Assembly (NCBI RefSeq): GCF_964194155.1
Contig: NC_135914.1
Coordinates: forward strand, 1,860,001-1,924,000
DNA length: 64,000 bases
Direction: 5' to 3'
From: Cetorhinus maximus
Lineage: Eukaryota
The notes under the pieces were generated by a model. That model worked only from the letters and a program-made list of their open reading frames with translations, had not been told where the DNA came from and made no database searches. Position numbers and translations under genes: made by a program. Positions within the stretch are counted from its first letter, which is position 1. Every line of letters begins with the position of its first letter. Below are positions 10,601 through 24,063 of this stretch, piece after piece.

Positions 10601-13600
10601 CAAGGAACATTTCTCCCGGTTAACAGAGGGCATTATCAGTCTATAATGATCATCTTCATTTGCTCCCCAAGCGCTACTACCGCTCTAACTGGAAACTCAC
10701 TGTCACCAACAAAAGAAGCATTCGTTAAGGCGTAGGAGGTAATGTCTTCGTCAGATTTATTACCCAAGAATGCATTTTGCTCTTTTGAAGACGCCGCCAA
10801 AAAGAAGGCGGGAGAGAAGGGAGAACTCAAATGGATTCGAGTAGCTTTCCAAAGAGATACACTGATGTCGAAGGCAGTAATTTAACTTTCAGTGTGAGGC
10901 ATCGGAAACTCTCAACCAACAACTAAGCTATCTTAATTTAGAGTGGTTAAGAGAGTTAAAGTTACTTTGGGTGGAGACAGATAACATTCCCTCACGCGGG
11001 TTGAGTGTGTGTGTGTGGTGGGGGGAAGGGTAGGTGGGGAGGAGGAATAGAGTCCTGACCAAGGGGCCATTGCATTCAAATTATAACCAGGCCGCCCAGG
11101 GGTGATGTCCGGAAACAATCCGTCCCCCCAAGAAGTTGCTGATGGGTCGTTTAGTTGCTGTGCGTTACTGAAAACATGATGCGCCTAAGGGCTCAGGCAC
11201 GTGATGACCTCTGCAATTGTTGGGTAATAGCTGATTAACACAGATTATGTTAAAAAATCTCACTATCCACAGGCACCTTTACCTTGCGCTCTGTCCCTCT
11301 ACTGTATACTATCGTAATCACTCTCTCTCTCTCTCTTTCTCTCTCTCTCACACACACACACACACTAGCAAGCAGGCATTCATCATTCGGAGCCTCACTC
11401 AGATGTACAGGCACATTCTCCTGTTTGAGTGAACTACTAACTCTTGCGGTTACACAGGGCACAATGACCCTCTCTATATGCTTCAAGAGTCACTTTATCT
11501 CCTTCCAACGTTGGGTTGTTGCATAGCACATGTATTTATGCAGTGATACAAAACCAGTTCGGACAGGAGAGAAAATAGATAAAGCAATCAGTGAAAAACC
11601 TGAAGAGCCTCTTCTCAGTTTATTTTATTTAAATGAAATCGACATAATAAGGAAAAGACATCACGCCAGCATTGCGGTCACGTGCTCCGTCAGAGATGGA
11701 GGGGAGGGAGGTGGTGGCGGGGCCAGAGTTAGACAAAGAGCAGGGACCGCTCTCGGGGTGAGGCAAGAGTCGATGCCGGGAGGACCAGAGATGGAGGAGG
11801 CCTTGAAGGGAGTTAGAGCGGCCGCCTGTGGACAGGACGCGAAACGGCAACAGCCACCGTCTCTGTGACAGTGTCCGTGCTGAAGAATTTTCAACTCTCA
11901 TGGAATTATTATACTCCTGTTGAAATAATGGGTGCCCCTTTGGAGGCTGCTAACCTTTCTGGACTCCTTCAAATGCTGGAAAATCCCAACTTTCTTCATT
12001 CTTAATCTTCCTCGTTATGTGGCCTCACAAGTTTGTGTTTATGCAGATTTCATCCTCCCCCCCCCGCCCCACCTGCTCACCCCGCCGCCACCTCTCCATA
12101 CAATCATTAGCTGGGACATAAATTTGCACATTACAGTCTGTCCGCTCTGTGCCCTCTTTTACACGAAAACGCTTTGCTTTTAAAAATAAAGACAGACTTG
12201 CATTTCTGTAGCACCTTCCACGCCCTCAGGTCACCCCATAGCAACTTAAGGTCAATTAAAGACTTTTTTGAAAAGCCGTCTCCGTTGTAATGTAGGGGCC
12301 GCAGCAGCCAATATGCGCACAGCAAGATCCCAGAACCATCAATGAGATAATGAACAGATTTGATTGAGAGGTAAACATTGGCCCCAGGGCACAGTGGAGG
12401 ACGTCACCCCCGGTTACTCTTCTTCCAATGGAGGCTGTGGGGTCTTTTAAATTCACCTGAGATGGCTGACTGGCCCTTGATTTAACATCTCGTCCGAGAG
12501 ACAGCTCCTCAGACAGTGCTGGTCTCTCTCAGAATTGACAATGCGGGATCAGCCTCAGGACAGGGAAATGAACCCCCAAGTTTCTGATGCAGAGGTGAGG
12601 GAGCTACGCTCTGAGCCGCAAGTCACGTCTGGTCTGGACTGTGTGGGTCAAGGTTTATCAGTTTAAATGGGTGATAACCCTGAACACTTTGATGCCCCTA
12701 AGGTCAATTTCCAGGAGTGATGTTGAATTTGATTGATAGTGAATTCTGGGAAAGATCTGATCAATTTCCTGCTCTATGTTGAAGGTGAGAAAGAATGAAA
12801 ATTGAGAGAGTGTATAAGAGTGGAATGAGCCATTCATGCCGGATACAAAATATCTTCCAATGCTAAAACGTCTTAATTTTAAAATATTTATTCATAGGAT
12901 ATGGGCATCGCTGACAAGGCAAGCATTTGTTTCCCATTCCTAATTGCACTTTAGAAGCCACCTTCTTGAACCACGACAGTCCCTGTGGCGAAGTTGCTCC
13001 ACAAATCCATTGGATCTAGAGTTCCAGGATTTTGACCGATAGACGAAGGAGGGAATATGTCCATGTCTGGTTGTTGTGCAACTTACAGATCGTGGTGCCC
13101 CCTGCTGCCCCAGCCCTTTGAGGTGGTAGAGGTTGCAAGTTTGGAATGTGCTGTCAAAGGGGCCTTGGCGAGTCGCTGCAGCTCACCACGTGGATGCTAC
13201 ACACTGCAGGCACTGTGCGTTGTTGCTGGAGAAGGTGAATGTTTGAGGTTTTGGATGTGGTGTCGCTCAAGCAGACTAGCCCAAGGACAGCCTGGGTGCC
13301 AAACCCACATCTACGACAAATTTTGAAATGAGCAACATTGACATAACTGACCATGAGAAAACACACGTACATTTTCTGTCTGATGGGTGACGAATTAAAT
13401 TGGGCTAATTTTACACTCTCTGAATGTTCAAATGATCGTCCCCTTTACTCCTGCAGAGAGCTGATCGAAACACCTGAATGGCTGGATAACAAACCTCCTG
13501 TTAACTGCATACCATATGAAGTGGAGAAATTGGAAGATTTAATCTCCCGTCTGGACTGAGTTAACTGACCTCAGTGGAGGTCATAAAATCTAACCAGTTT

Positions 13601-14499
13601 GTAAGGATGTTGAAGTACCTTAGAGAACCACATACTGTTTTGAAAGACATTGAACAGCATTGCACTTTATCGCAAAGTGGAATAGCCATGTTATGTACCT
13701 CAGAAATGTTTCTTAATAAAGTTGATGTTTTGGAAAACTAAAGTATTACTTAGTCTGCTGCCCTTTGACGCCCAATGGAACGGTAGTTGGTGTTTATCTC
13801 AATATGCATCCTATAGGCCACAGAGCCTTTAATCCCGGGTAGGATCTCGACAGAACACACTGCACCACTTACCATAGTTGCTTCACCAAAGTATATTGCA
13901 GCATTTAATCTACCCTGTTTTCCATTTTTAAGAGACCGATCCTTTTTGTTCATTCCTTTCCTTCCCGCTCTTTGTGTGAAACTTGTAAAGTGTGTAACCT
14001 TTTCGAGCTCTGATTTAGGCTCACTGACCTGAATCATTAGTCAGTGAGTTTCATGGAAAGGCATGGAGTTAGTGAGTTCCCTGTTAGACAAAGAATTGTC
14101 TTGTAAATATCAACTCCAATTATGTATGTGGTGGATAACATAGAGTACTGGAAGACAGTAATTTGGTTTGCATCTTATGCAATCTCAGATTTTAAGGGCC
14201 ATGTAATGCTCTTTTATGAATTTTCATGAATGAAGTATGTTTTAGGAAAAATAAAGACTCGTCTGAAACTCCCTCAGCCCCTGACAAAGCCTCATGTCTC
14301 CCGGCTGACCAAGTTTTCAAAACGGTTTGAAGTTTTACACAAGGTTTTGCTTATCGGTTTTGAGTTCACTGAAACATTGCCAACTTCTCTATCTCCTCGC
14401 TGGAAAAATGTACCAGGTTTACTCCAATTGAAAGGGTCGGTTAGTGGAAAACTGGCAGTATGGCCGCAACCTGGCTGCTGAAGTTTTGAAATTGCAGCG

Positions 14500-14700
14500 C
14501 AACTGCGTTGGATTCTTTTGCAAATCCTGTCTCCTCCACAATTCATCAGAGAGAATCCATCCAGATTCTCAGCTACGACCCGCCTTCGGTTTTGATCTCT
14601 TTTCTAACGCAGCAGGGAGGCGGAGACAGGTCTTCCCCGAGACTTGTTAATATATTAAAGATTAACATTAAAGGTAGGTAAAACACAGGTCAGATTACCC
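14500..14700 (-). pseudogene. Remnant of a type-A terminal (YASL) exon and 3' UTR
   Basis: Clear similarity to 2550-2760 and 44450-44660. Exon 14642-14604 reads SRGRPVSASLLR* (Tyr changed to Ser, plus a short deletion). Confidence 0.75.
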
Positions 14701-15264
14701 TCCTAAATTTATCAAAGTCCTTCAATTTTTTTCCTTTTAGTCCCGATAAGCAATGCTCACTTCTGTCTCCACGCTGAACTTGTGGCTGCGTTGATGTTGC
14801 CACCATTTTACATTGATGCTCTCCTCCCTTTTGGTGAATCCCTGATGATTTTCCCTCTGCTTGTACAATAGCGTCGATAGGCCAGAAGAGGGTGGGATTG
14901 TATAATTTTCACCACATGTTAGAAAAACAGGTTTGCGGAGAAGTTGAATTGGCCCTTATTAATTCATTCAGTCACCCAGAGACAAAAGATTACCCTTTGC
15001 AACCATCCTTGCTGCTTCTGACATCACATTAGATATTTCATTCTCAATGCAAGATTAGTTCCGGAACTGATATTTCACGTTGTTGTCCCTGGAGTTATTT
15101 CTCTCTTTAGGTATTTTTCTAATTTTCTTTCGAGGATTAATGTTGACAGCAACAGCTGCGCCAATAACACAAACACAGCGAAGCAAACACACACACGCAC
15201 AGACACACACACACACACACACACGCTCAGACACACACAGACACACACACACAGAGACAATGAC

Positions 15265-15399
15265 NNNNNNNNNNNNNNNNNNNNNNNNNNNNNNNNNNNN
15301 NNNNNNNNNNNNNNNNNNNNNNNNNNNNNNNNNNNNNNNNNNNNNNNNNNNNNNNNNNNNNNNNNNNNNNNNNNNNNNNNNNNNNNNNNNNNNNNNNNN
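15265..15399. other. Assembly gap flanked by (CA)n microsatellite
   Basis: 135 N. Confidence 0.99.
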
Positions 15400-15739
15400 A
15401 CACACACCAATACCCACACGCACAGACACAGCGACGCACACACACAGACACACACACACACAAAGACACAAACGCACAAACTGAGCGACACACACACAAA
15501 CAGCATAACTCACACAGGGACACACACACACCCATACACGCACACACACACACACACACACACACGCCCTCACACAGCGCAGAGATGCGCATGAACTCAC
15601 ATAAGCTGTGTTTTCTGGTTCCCGATCGTCCAAACAATGGGAATTGTTTCTCTGATTCACACTGTTTAGAATCGTACAAAGTTTATGGCACAGATAGCGG
15701 CCACCCGGCCGACCGTGCTTTCGCCGGCCGAATATAGAG

Positions 15740-16190
15740 CCACTCAGCCCAATCCCACTTGTCAGCAATTGGTCCATAGCCCTGCATGTTCTAGCACTTG
15801 AGGTACCCAGACACATTTTAAATGAGTTGAGGGTTACTGCCTCCACCTTCAGGCAGTGAGTCCCAGAACCCCATAACCCTTTGGATGAAAAAAAAATCTC
15901 ATCTCCCAAGATTCCTAGCACCTCGATTAAATCTCTCAAACGCCTCTTCACCAATGTTAACAATGCCCACTTCTCCAATCTATCCATGGAACTGAAGTCC
16001 CCGGAACAATTCTTATCAATCTTTTCTGGAACCTCTCTGATGCCCAGACATTTTTCCTAAGGTGTGGTGCACTGAATTGCACACGGTTGATGTTGAATCA
16101 GTGTTTTATAATTGTTCATTGTAACGTCCTTGCATTTATATTCTTCGCCACAATTTATAAAGCCCAGCATCTCGTCTGTCGTAACCACTT
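15740..16190 (-). mobile_element. CR1 LINE 3' fragment
   Basis: MDRLEKWALLTLVKRRLRDLIEV matches the CR1 ORF2 C-terminus. Confidence 0.7.
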
Positions 16191-17279
16191 ATTGTATCCA
16201 TACCTAAGGAAGTATATCGAAACAGCTAATTAAGAACAGTCAAATAATTTGAGAAAAACCAATGTAAGACTGATGAAAGCTCTCTGTAAGTGTTAAAAAG
16301 CGAGATGGTCGAACAATGTCCTAAATGGAGGGGCCTGGCCTATAGTTGACTCGAGACGCACACTGACTGCGAACGTTCTCAGAGCAACTTAGTGATGGGC
16401 ATTTCTCAAGCACTTTTCATGACTTTAGGGTATCTTAAAGCACTTTAGAGGCAGTGAAGCAGTTTTGTTGTCCTTTCGTTCTTGCTTAGAGATGCTAATT
16501 TCAGAGAGAGACACGGAGAAATAGGCTCACAGATGAAGAATGAGATTGTGGTGTATAAATTTCAGAGTTGACAGTGAGGCGCACAGGGTGAACAGCAGCA
16601 GTTGTGAGTGAATTTTCCCCTTTTGCCTCTGGTGTAATGGATATGTACAGGAGCTAACAGGCAACATCTTATAATTATATAGCAACATTAGCCACAATAA
16701 AGCGTCATAAGATCGCCAGAGCCTTATGGAGCAAAATTGTGGCCCAACAGATTAGGTTCAATGGTCGGGTTCATCAAAGAGGCAGGTTTTAGGTCTTCAA
16801 TGAGGCGAGAGAGAGAGGTGTTGAGGCAGAGAGTTTGAGGGAATGAATTCCGCAGTTAGGGCTTTGTTAGCTCAAGGCACGGCTAACAATGATCACAGAA
16901 CCTTTTCAGTGCAGACGGAGGCCATTCGGGGCCCATTGGCTCTCTGTAAGAGAATTCTGCCTAGTCCCACTGCCACGCCTTGTCTCCATAACACTTGACA
17001 TTGTCTCTTTCAGGGGTGGGATAATAAAAATGTGGGAATCTTAAGAAGAGAGAATTAGCCGAACACTTATACCAGAGGATTGTGGAACTGGAAGAGATTA
17101 CAGCTTGGGAGAGATAGTTTGGCGAAGCCAGTCCCAAATTTTACCATCATCATGTCTAGGTGTGTTTCTTATTTTGACTCTTGTAAGAGTTATGGACAAC
17201 TGTTAGACTTTAAATTGTTCCACTAGCCCTAGATTCCCCAAGCAGTAGAAATCGACCCTCTCAACCTGCCCTATCAGTT

Positions 17280-18900
17280 TCCATTGCAGGACAGGGTTTG
17301 AGGAGTCAGGAGCTGAATTATTCCCTGCACGATTCCTAGCTTCTGGTCTGCACTTGTCGCCGCAATATTTACATAGCTACTCCAGTTCAGTTTCATCTGA
17401 GTGGTAACCCCCAAGTTTTTGATAGTCGGCATTCAGCAACGGTAATGCCATTGAATGTCTAGGGGCAATGGGTAGATTTTCCCTTGTTGGAGGGGGTCAT
17501 TGATTGGCACTTCTGTGGCACAATTGTTAATTGCCACCTGTCAGGCCAAGCCTGGAAATTGTCCAGGCCTTGCTGCATTTGGGCGTGGACTGCTTCAGCA
17601 ACTGAGGAGTCATGAATGCTTCTGAACATTGTGCAGTCATCAGCGAACATCCCAACTTCTGTCCTTATGATGGAAGGAAGCTCATTGAAGAAGCAGCTGA
17701 TGATCGTTAGGCCTAGCACGCCCTCTTGAGGAACTCATGCGATAATGCCCGGGAACTGAGATGACTGATCTCCAACAATCACAACCGTCTTCATTTTGGA
17801 TAGGTATGACTGCAAACAGCGGAGAGTTTCCCCCGATTAACATTGGCTCCAGTTTTGCAAGGGCTCCTTGATGCCACACTCAGTCAAATGCTGCCATGAT
17901 GTCAAGGCTAGTCACGCTGAAACCACGTCTGGAGTTCAGCTCTTCTTTGTCCAGTTTTGAACCAAAGCTGTAATGAGGTGAAGAGCTGAGTGACCCTGCC
18001 GGAACCCAAACTGACCGTCACTGAGCAGGTTATTGCCAAGAAAGCGTCGCTTGATGGCACTGTTGATGACCCCTTCCAGCTCTTTACTGATGATCGAGAG
18101 TAGACTAATGGGGTGGCAATTGGCCAGGTTGGATTTGTCCTACTTTTTGTGCACAGGACATATGTTGTGGTATCTTTGGAAAACGGAGCACAGGAGAGGC
18201 TCAAGAAGAGGTTACGCTCGTTTATTCGAGCAATTGCAAGGCGGGATCCACCTCAAGCATTTTGAAGTAGCACTCTGCTAATTTACAAGTGCTCAGCATA
18301 TTTATATATCATTGGTCACGTACAAGAACATTTTTCAGATTCCAATCTCGTCAACATATAGGTTTCCATTAAACAGACATCTCTGGTAACAGGTACATGC
18401 ATCATATGACCCTATTTTCACGCAGGCAGAGACCCTTCCTCCTATCTAAACTAGGACCATCTGTTCCTTCCCTACCTGTTGGAAACAGGCTCAACCTTAT
18501 TTGATTTTCAACCCAAATCTCCAGTCTGACTCCTAGGACACCTAATGTAATTTATTTGCATTCTTCTATGTCCAGCCTGGCTCCCAGGACCTTGCTGATG
18601 TTCACAGGCCCTCAGGCTGTACAAGGTTCATATGGTGGTTTTGAACTGCTTATGCACTTGTAGGCACTGGCTGCTTGGAGAAGTAAACAGTATCATTCCC
18701 TTACAATCAATTCTTCCTGGAATCTTACTTGTCCTCCCTTACCTGGACAACTTTCCACATTGCCGGGTAAACACCAGTGTTGATATTGTACAGGAAAAGC
18801 TTGGTGAGAGGCGCGGCAAGTTCAGGGGCACAAGCCGTCAGTGCAAGTGCCGGAATATTGTCAGGGCCCATAGCCTTTGCAGTAAACGTCTTGGTACTAT
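17280..18900 (-). mobile_element. CR1/L2-clade LINE reverse transcriptase fragment, interrupted by an insertion at 18163-18736
   Basis: KAMGPDNIP..APELAAPL..WK; PISLLSIISK; QFGFR; MFADD. Frameshifted. Confidence 0.8.
18163..18736 (-). mobile_element. Putative solo LTR nested in the LINE
   Basis: The LINE frame resumes on both sides (CAGGACATA|...|CCTGGACAAC). The insert begins TGT, has an approximate 4-bp TSD (CATA/CTTA), and carries TATA-like (about 18303) and AATAAA (18221) motifs on the minus strand. Confidence 0.5.
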
Positions 18901-19018
18901 TGTTTGTGCACATGCGCCTCTCCCTGTGCGTCATTCTTTACATTCTCTCTCCCCCTCTCTCTCTTTAGATCTCCAGATCCCTATTTCTTCATCCCCCCCC
19001 CTCTCTCTCTCTCTCTCT

Positions 19019-19068
<50 letters not shown>

Positions 19069-19569
19069 TGACGTACCCTTCTCTGCCCCTCGGTATTTCT
19101 GCTTTTCCATTACTCTCCCTGGGTTATATCTACTTTTGTTTTCTCTGTTACTCTCAGTTCTGTCTTTCTCCCTGTATTTCTCGGCTCTTTGCTCCCCTCA
19201 CTGGGGGAGATTTAGAGTCAGCACCATGGTGTTTTATAGCTCATAAATGTACCGTCATCCTTCTGTTTTCCATCTGTCCCGAATTTATTCTCAGTGAGTG
19301 GTAAGAGTAGTGGAGAGAGGTGGAAATGAGCAGCTGGTTCACAAGCGCCCGGTTTGCACGATTGAACCGAGTCAAAGTCCAGCCCAGTGGTCGGTGTGGG
19401 GGGAAATTAATTATTAATGTTTAAAATGCGGAGGATTTTGTGCTTTAGATTTAAAATTATGCATTCCGAACAAGGACTAACTCATGATTTGAATGTCTTT
19501 TTACACTAAGCTCAGCGATGGTCTGACAGCGGTGGGGTTGTTGGGGAGGACATAAGGAATTGTAATCGC

Positions 19570-19920
19570 GAATCTAAATGGGGAGGTGGCGAATCAAACT
19601 GGGGATCTGTTCACATGGAAGCAATGAATCAGACAGGATTGTATTTGAAGAGTGGGGGAATCAGACAATGATCGGTTCACAGGGTGCTGGAATCAGACAG
19701 GGACCTGTTCACATGGAGGGGGAATCAGACAGGTATCTATTCACTGCATGAGGGCATCAGGCAGATACTTGTTCATATGGTGGTAGCAAATCAGACAAGT
19801 CTCTGTTCACAGGGGCGGCGATCAAGACAGTTGTTCAGTTCACAGGGAGGGGGATATCACATGGGGATCTTTTCACAGGTCAGTGGAAAAGCAGACAGGT
19901 GTCTGTTCACAGGGAGGGAA
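19570..19920. repeat. Degenerate minisatellite, unit about 31 bp
   Basis: About ten units of GG(G)GAATCAGACAGG..CTGTTCACA(T/G)GG. Confidence 0.75.
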
Positions 19921-21309
19921 GTCATCCTGGTTAATTCCACTTGCTAACCAATCAGCACTCTCTCCTTCTTCTTGCTTCGCCTGATATTGGTATTCTTGCG
20001 ATTGTCCTGATGAGTCCAAGAAGAAAAGCTTCAACAAAATGTCTTTTTTCAGCGACACTCAAGTTCTGTGCTGTCTTCACTCTCTTCAGTACAGTATGTG
20101 GCACTTTATCATACTTCAATAAACTCACAGCATGATCAGATTTGCAGTTCTCACTTGATGTCAAACATCCTCTGCTGCCTTGTGTTACAGAGGTCAGACT
20201 GACAGCAGTGCGGAACATGAGCAGAAGCATTCCCAGGTAATTTGCCTGCATTAAGCAAGTGTTAGCGCTACTCAGCTTGCACCTTTGAAGAAAATGGCTT
20301 TTGACTTATATTTTTGCATTTATTTTTTCACGTTCCTAACGCCCACTAAAACTATTATGTGTGTTAACAGCTCAGATATTTGAGGACTCTCTCTGCATCA
20401 CACTAACTCACCTTACTAATATTTCTCTTTTTTTTTGAATCCCTTGGTGAACTCTTGCATCGCCTCTTGTAGATATAACACACTGCTGCTACTTAGCTTC
20501 GGTGGTGGAGGGAATGAATGTTTGTGGATGGGGTGCCAATCAAGCGGGGCAGCTTAGTCCTGGATAGTGTCGTGCTCCTTGAGTGTTGTTGGAGCTGCAC
20601 TCATCCAGGCAAGTGGGGAGTATTCCATCACACTCCTGACTTGTGCCTTGTAGATGGTGGACAGGCTTTGGGGAGTGTGAAATGCACCTGGAAGCAGCAC
20701 AAGTTTAATTGCGGTTGTGACATTCTTCCAAGGTTTGTTCTGCACTCTGAAATTGGCTGTTCTTTTTGCAGCTAATGTTAAATGAGAAGACAAAGCGAGG
20801 TCCCAGTGGAAACTTCTCCCATTACCAATGACTCCAGTTTTGCTCGTGCTCCATGATGCCACATTCGTCAAATGCGGCCTTGATGCCAAGGGCAGCCACT
20901 CTCACTCACCTCGGGAGTTCAACTGTTTCTTCCAATGTTTGAATCACGGGTGTAATGGACGAAAAATCTGAACTCCCGAGGTGAGCTGAGGGTGACCTGA
21001 AGCGGGATCCGCTTTCGAATCCCACAATGGCAGATGGTGAAATTCGAACTCAATAAAAATCTGGAATTAAAAGTCTGATGATGACCATGAAACCATTGCC
21101 AATTGCGCTAAAAACCCATCTGGTTCACTAATGTCCTTTAGGTAAGGAAACCTGCTGTCGTTTCCTGTTCCGGTGTGCGTGTGACTCTAGACCCACAGCA
21201 ATGTGTTTGACTGTTGAATGTCCTCTGAACAAGGGAAACTAGGCATGGGCAATAAATTCTGGTCTAGTCAGCTTTTCCCACATCCTATGAACGAATACAA
21301 AAAATCGCT

Positions 21310-22140
21310 ACTCCTTAGATACTGAAGCAGTCTATGCCGAAATGAAACAAGACCTCGACAATATCCAGGCCTGGGCTGAGAAGTGGAAAATAACATTCAC
21401 GCCACAGAAGTGGCAGGTAATAACGATCTCCAACAATAGAGAATCTTGACGTTCAATGGTATTAACATAACTGAATCCTTACTCTCAACATCCTGGCGGT
21501 TACCATTGACCAGAAACATAACTGGAATAGCTAGGTAAATAATGTGGCTACAAGATGAGATCAGAGGCTAGGGATCCTGCGAAGAGTAACTCACCTCCTG
21601 GCTCCCCAAAGTTGGTCCACCAGCTACAAGGCACAAGTCAGCAGTATGATGGAATACCCTCCACCTGCCTGGATGAGAGCAGCTCGAACAACACTAAAGA
21701 AGCTTGCCACTATCCAGGACAAAGCAGCCTCTTTTGATTGGCACTCCATCCGCAAACGTTCACTCCCTGCAGCACCGACGCACAGTAACAGCAGCGTGTA
21801 ACATATAGAAGTTGCACTGCAGGAATTCACCAAGGCTCCTTAGACAGCACCTCCCAAACCCACGGCCACTACCATCTAGAAGAACAAGGGTGGCAGATTG
21901 ATGGGAACACCACCACCTGGAAGTTCCCCTCCAATTCACTCACCATCCTGACTTGGAAATATACCACCGTTCCATTACTTTCGCTGGATCAATGCCCTGG
22001 GACCCTCTACTAACAGCACCTTGGGTGTACCTACACCACAGGGACTGCAGCAGTTCAAGAAGGCAGCTAACCACCACCTTCTCAAGGGCAACCAGGTATG
22101 ATTGGCCCAGCCAGCGAAGCCCATATACCTTGATTTAAAA
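21310..22140 (+). mobile_element. LINE 3' portion, same family as 17.3 kb; fragments also at 8.6-8.9, 12.9-13.3, 20.5-20.9, 25.3-25.5 and 50.4-50.65 kb
   Basis: QDLDNIQAWAEKW..; YKAQV..MEY..W.S motifs; A-rich end. Confidence 0.7.
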
Positions 22141-22392
22141 ATAAAACACATTGCCCATCTCTAATTGCCTGTGCCGGGTGCTGTCAAAATCACACACTCA
22201 CACAGTCACACACACGCTCACACAAACACGCTGCCTCTCTCACACACATGGTCTCACACACATCCGAACTCACACACACACGCTCTCACACAGACACTTA
22301 GACAACATGTCGGGTCTCAGTACTACTAGAGTTAATTCTGCTTTAAACCCTCCTCTCCAGTCACTTGCTCAACTTCCATTCACTTCAATCTA

Positions 22393-23530
22393 CTGGAAAA
22401 TAAGAGTTGGAACCTGTAAGCATTTGGAAGATATTTACGGATGACTCCAGGTTTTCTTTCAGTTGGAACCTTTATCTAATCTGTCCACTCGAGGTGCTGT
22501 TTCGCAGACTTGCCCCTGATAATATCAATTGTTTCCTTCTTGATCGGAAATGATGAATCTTGTGAATTCACAACGTAGATAATCAAGCTCACATACAATT
22601 GATAGTTCTTTATTGACTTTATTAACTTCAATAACACAGACTAAACCATTCAGCAATAATTGAAGAAGTTCACTAAAGGTCATTAAGATATAAAGTGAGA
22701 GATGTTTGCTAAAGTGTATAATAGGAACACTGGATTCTATAGGTTAAGGTTAACAAACCATTTTTCACAACAATCAGGTCACCAAGACCGTTAAAATTCG
22801 ACGGAACTGCAGATGTTAATTTCCAGAGGAACTGAATTGACAGGCACAGATAATCAAAGTTACTTTCTATTTCTCTGTAGCTCTGATGAAGGGTAATACA
22901 GACTCGAAACGTTAAATCTGTTTTTCTCTCCACAGATGCTGTCAGGCCTGTTGAGCTTATCCAGCATTTTCTGTTTTTCTTTCAGATATCCAGCATCCGC
23001 AGTATTTTTCTATAAACTTAACTGCAACCTTGCTTATATCACACTCACCATACTGTTGGCAGTGTGTAATGATGGCTTTTAAGGAAAGGAATCAGGAAGG
23101 TCTACAATCAACACTGGGAGATTAGGAGGCACAGAGTCAGAGTTAAAGGATTGAAAGAAGCTGAGCCGAGAAAGGAGGCAAATTTCAAACTCACGGTGCA
23201 GTATCATGCAATGAAAAGGGATACACGCACACATAGACGGCATTACCTTCAGTATTTTCCCATTAGCTGGNNNNNNNNNNNNNNNNNNNNNNNNNNNNNN
23301 NNNNNNNNNNNNNNNNNNNNNNNNNNNNNNNNNNNNNNNNNNNNNNNNNNNNNNNNNNNNNNNNNNNNNNNNNNNNNNNNNNNNNNNNNNNNNNNNNNNN
23401 NNNNNTTCCCCGACACACCCACATCTTTTCGTTCCCAATCTACCCTCCGTTGGATACTGTCAGCATCACACACCCGTAAATCGCGACCAATACACCATCA
23501 GCTGGTCACTGCCAGAATCTCACACACAAA
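22393..23530 (+). repeat. Duplicated block paralogous to about 58898-60260
   Basis: Shared text such as GTTGGAA.CTGTAAGCAT.TGGAAGATATTTAC and TATATCACACTCACCATACTGTTGGCAGTGTGTAATGATGGC. Confidence 0.8.
23271..23405. other. Assembly gap
   Basis: 135 N. Confidence 0.99.
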
Positions 23531-23950
23531 CACGCACGCACATACATTTTTTCGAATATGCCCTCTGCTCGATATTGTCAGAATCACACAAACATACACA
23601 CACACATTTTTTTCGAACATGCCCTCTGCTGGATATTGTAAGAATCACACACATATACACACGCACACATTTTAAGAAATGTGCCCCCTACTGGATAGTG
23701 TCAGAATCACACACACACAAATACACACGCGCACACGCACACACAGACATGCACACACAAAAACATGATTTCGAATATTCCCTCTTCTGGATAGTGTCAG
23801 AATCACACACACACAAACACAAGCACATACACTCACGCACTCACACACATACATGTTTTCGATTATGCCCTCTGCTGGATAGTGTTAGAATCACAGGCAC
23901 ACTATCACGCACACACACACACACACATACCCACACACACACACATAGAT
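23450..23950. repeat. Compound minisatellite (CTGGATA.TGTCAGAATCACAC(AC)n); paralog about 59815-60370
   Basis: Seven to eight units of about 60-70 bp with (CA)n spacers. Confidence 0.8.
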
Positions 23951-24063
23951 ATATATATATAATTTATGTTGCAGTTTCTTCGGAACGAGTGAATTTCTCC
24001 AACTGATTCTTTGAATGCAACCCTCCATTGAACACAAAACAGCAACCTGATTGGATAAACTGC

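Larger units (their letters stand above)
824..12497 (+). repeat. Segmental duplication unit 1 (paralog about 42756-58880)
   Basis: Colinear similarity from TTACGACTTCAACCAATGTTATTCACTGAGCAAG through gene A and its upstream region to the SINE at 12.2-12.5 kb. Confidence 0.85.

Noticed and set aside
15055-15987. 310-aa ORF and other VC/HT/LS-rich ORFs (e.g. 18632, 29964, 39855, 59828)
   Set aside because: Artefacts of (CA)n or (CT)n microsatellites, N gaps and LINE fragments.
19570-19920. CRISPR-like array (also 23450-23950)
   Set aside because: Eukaryotic DNA; degenerate tandem units without unique spacers or cas genes.
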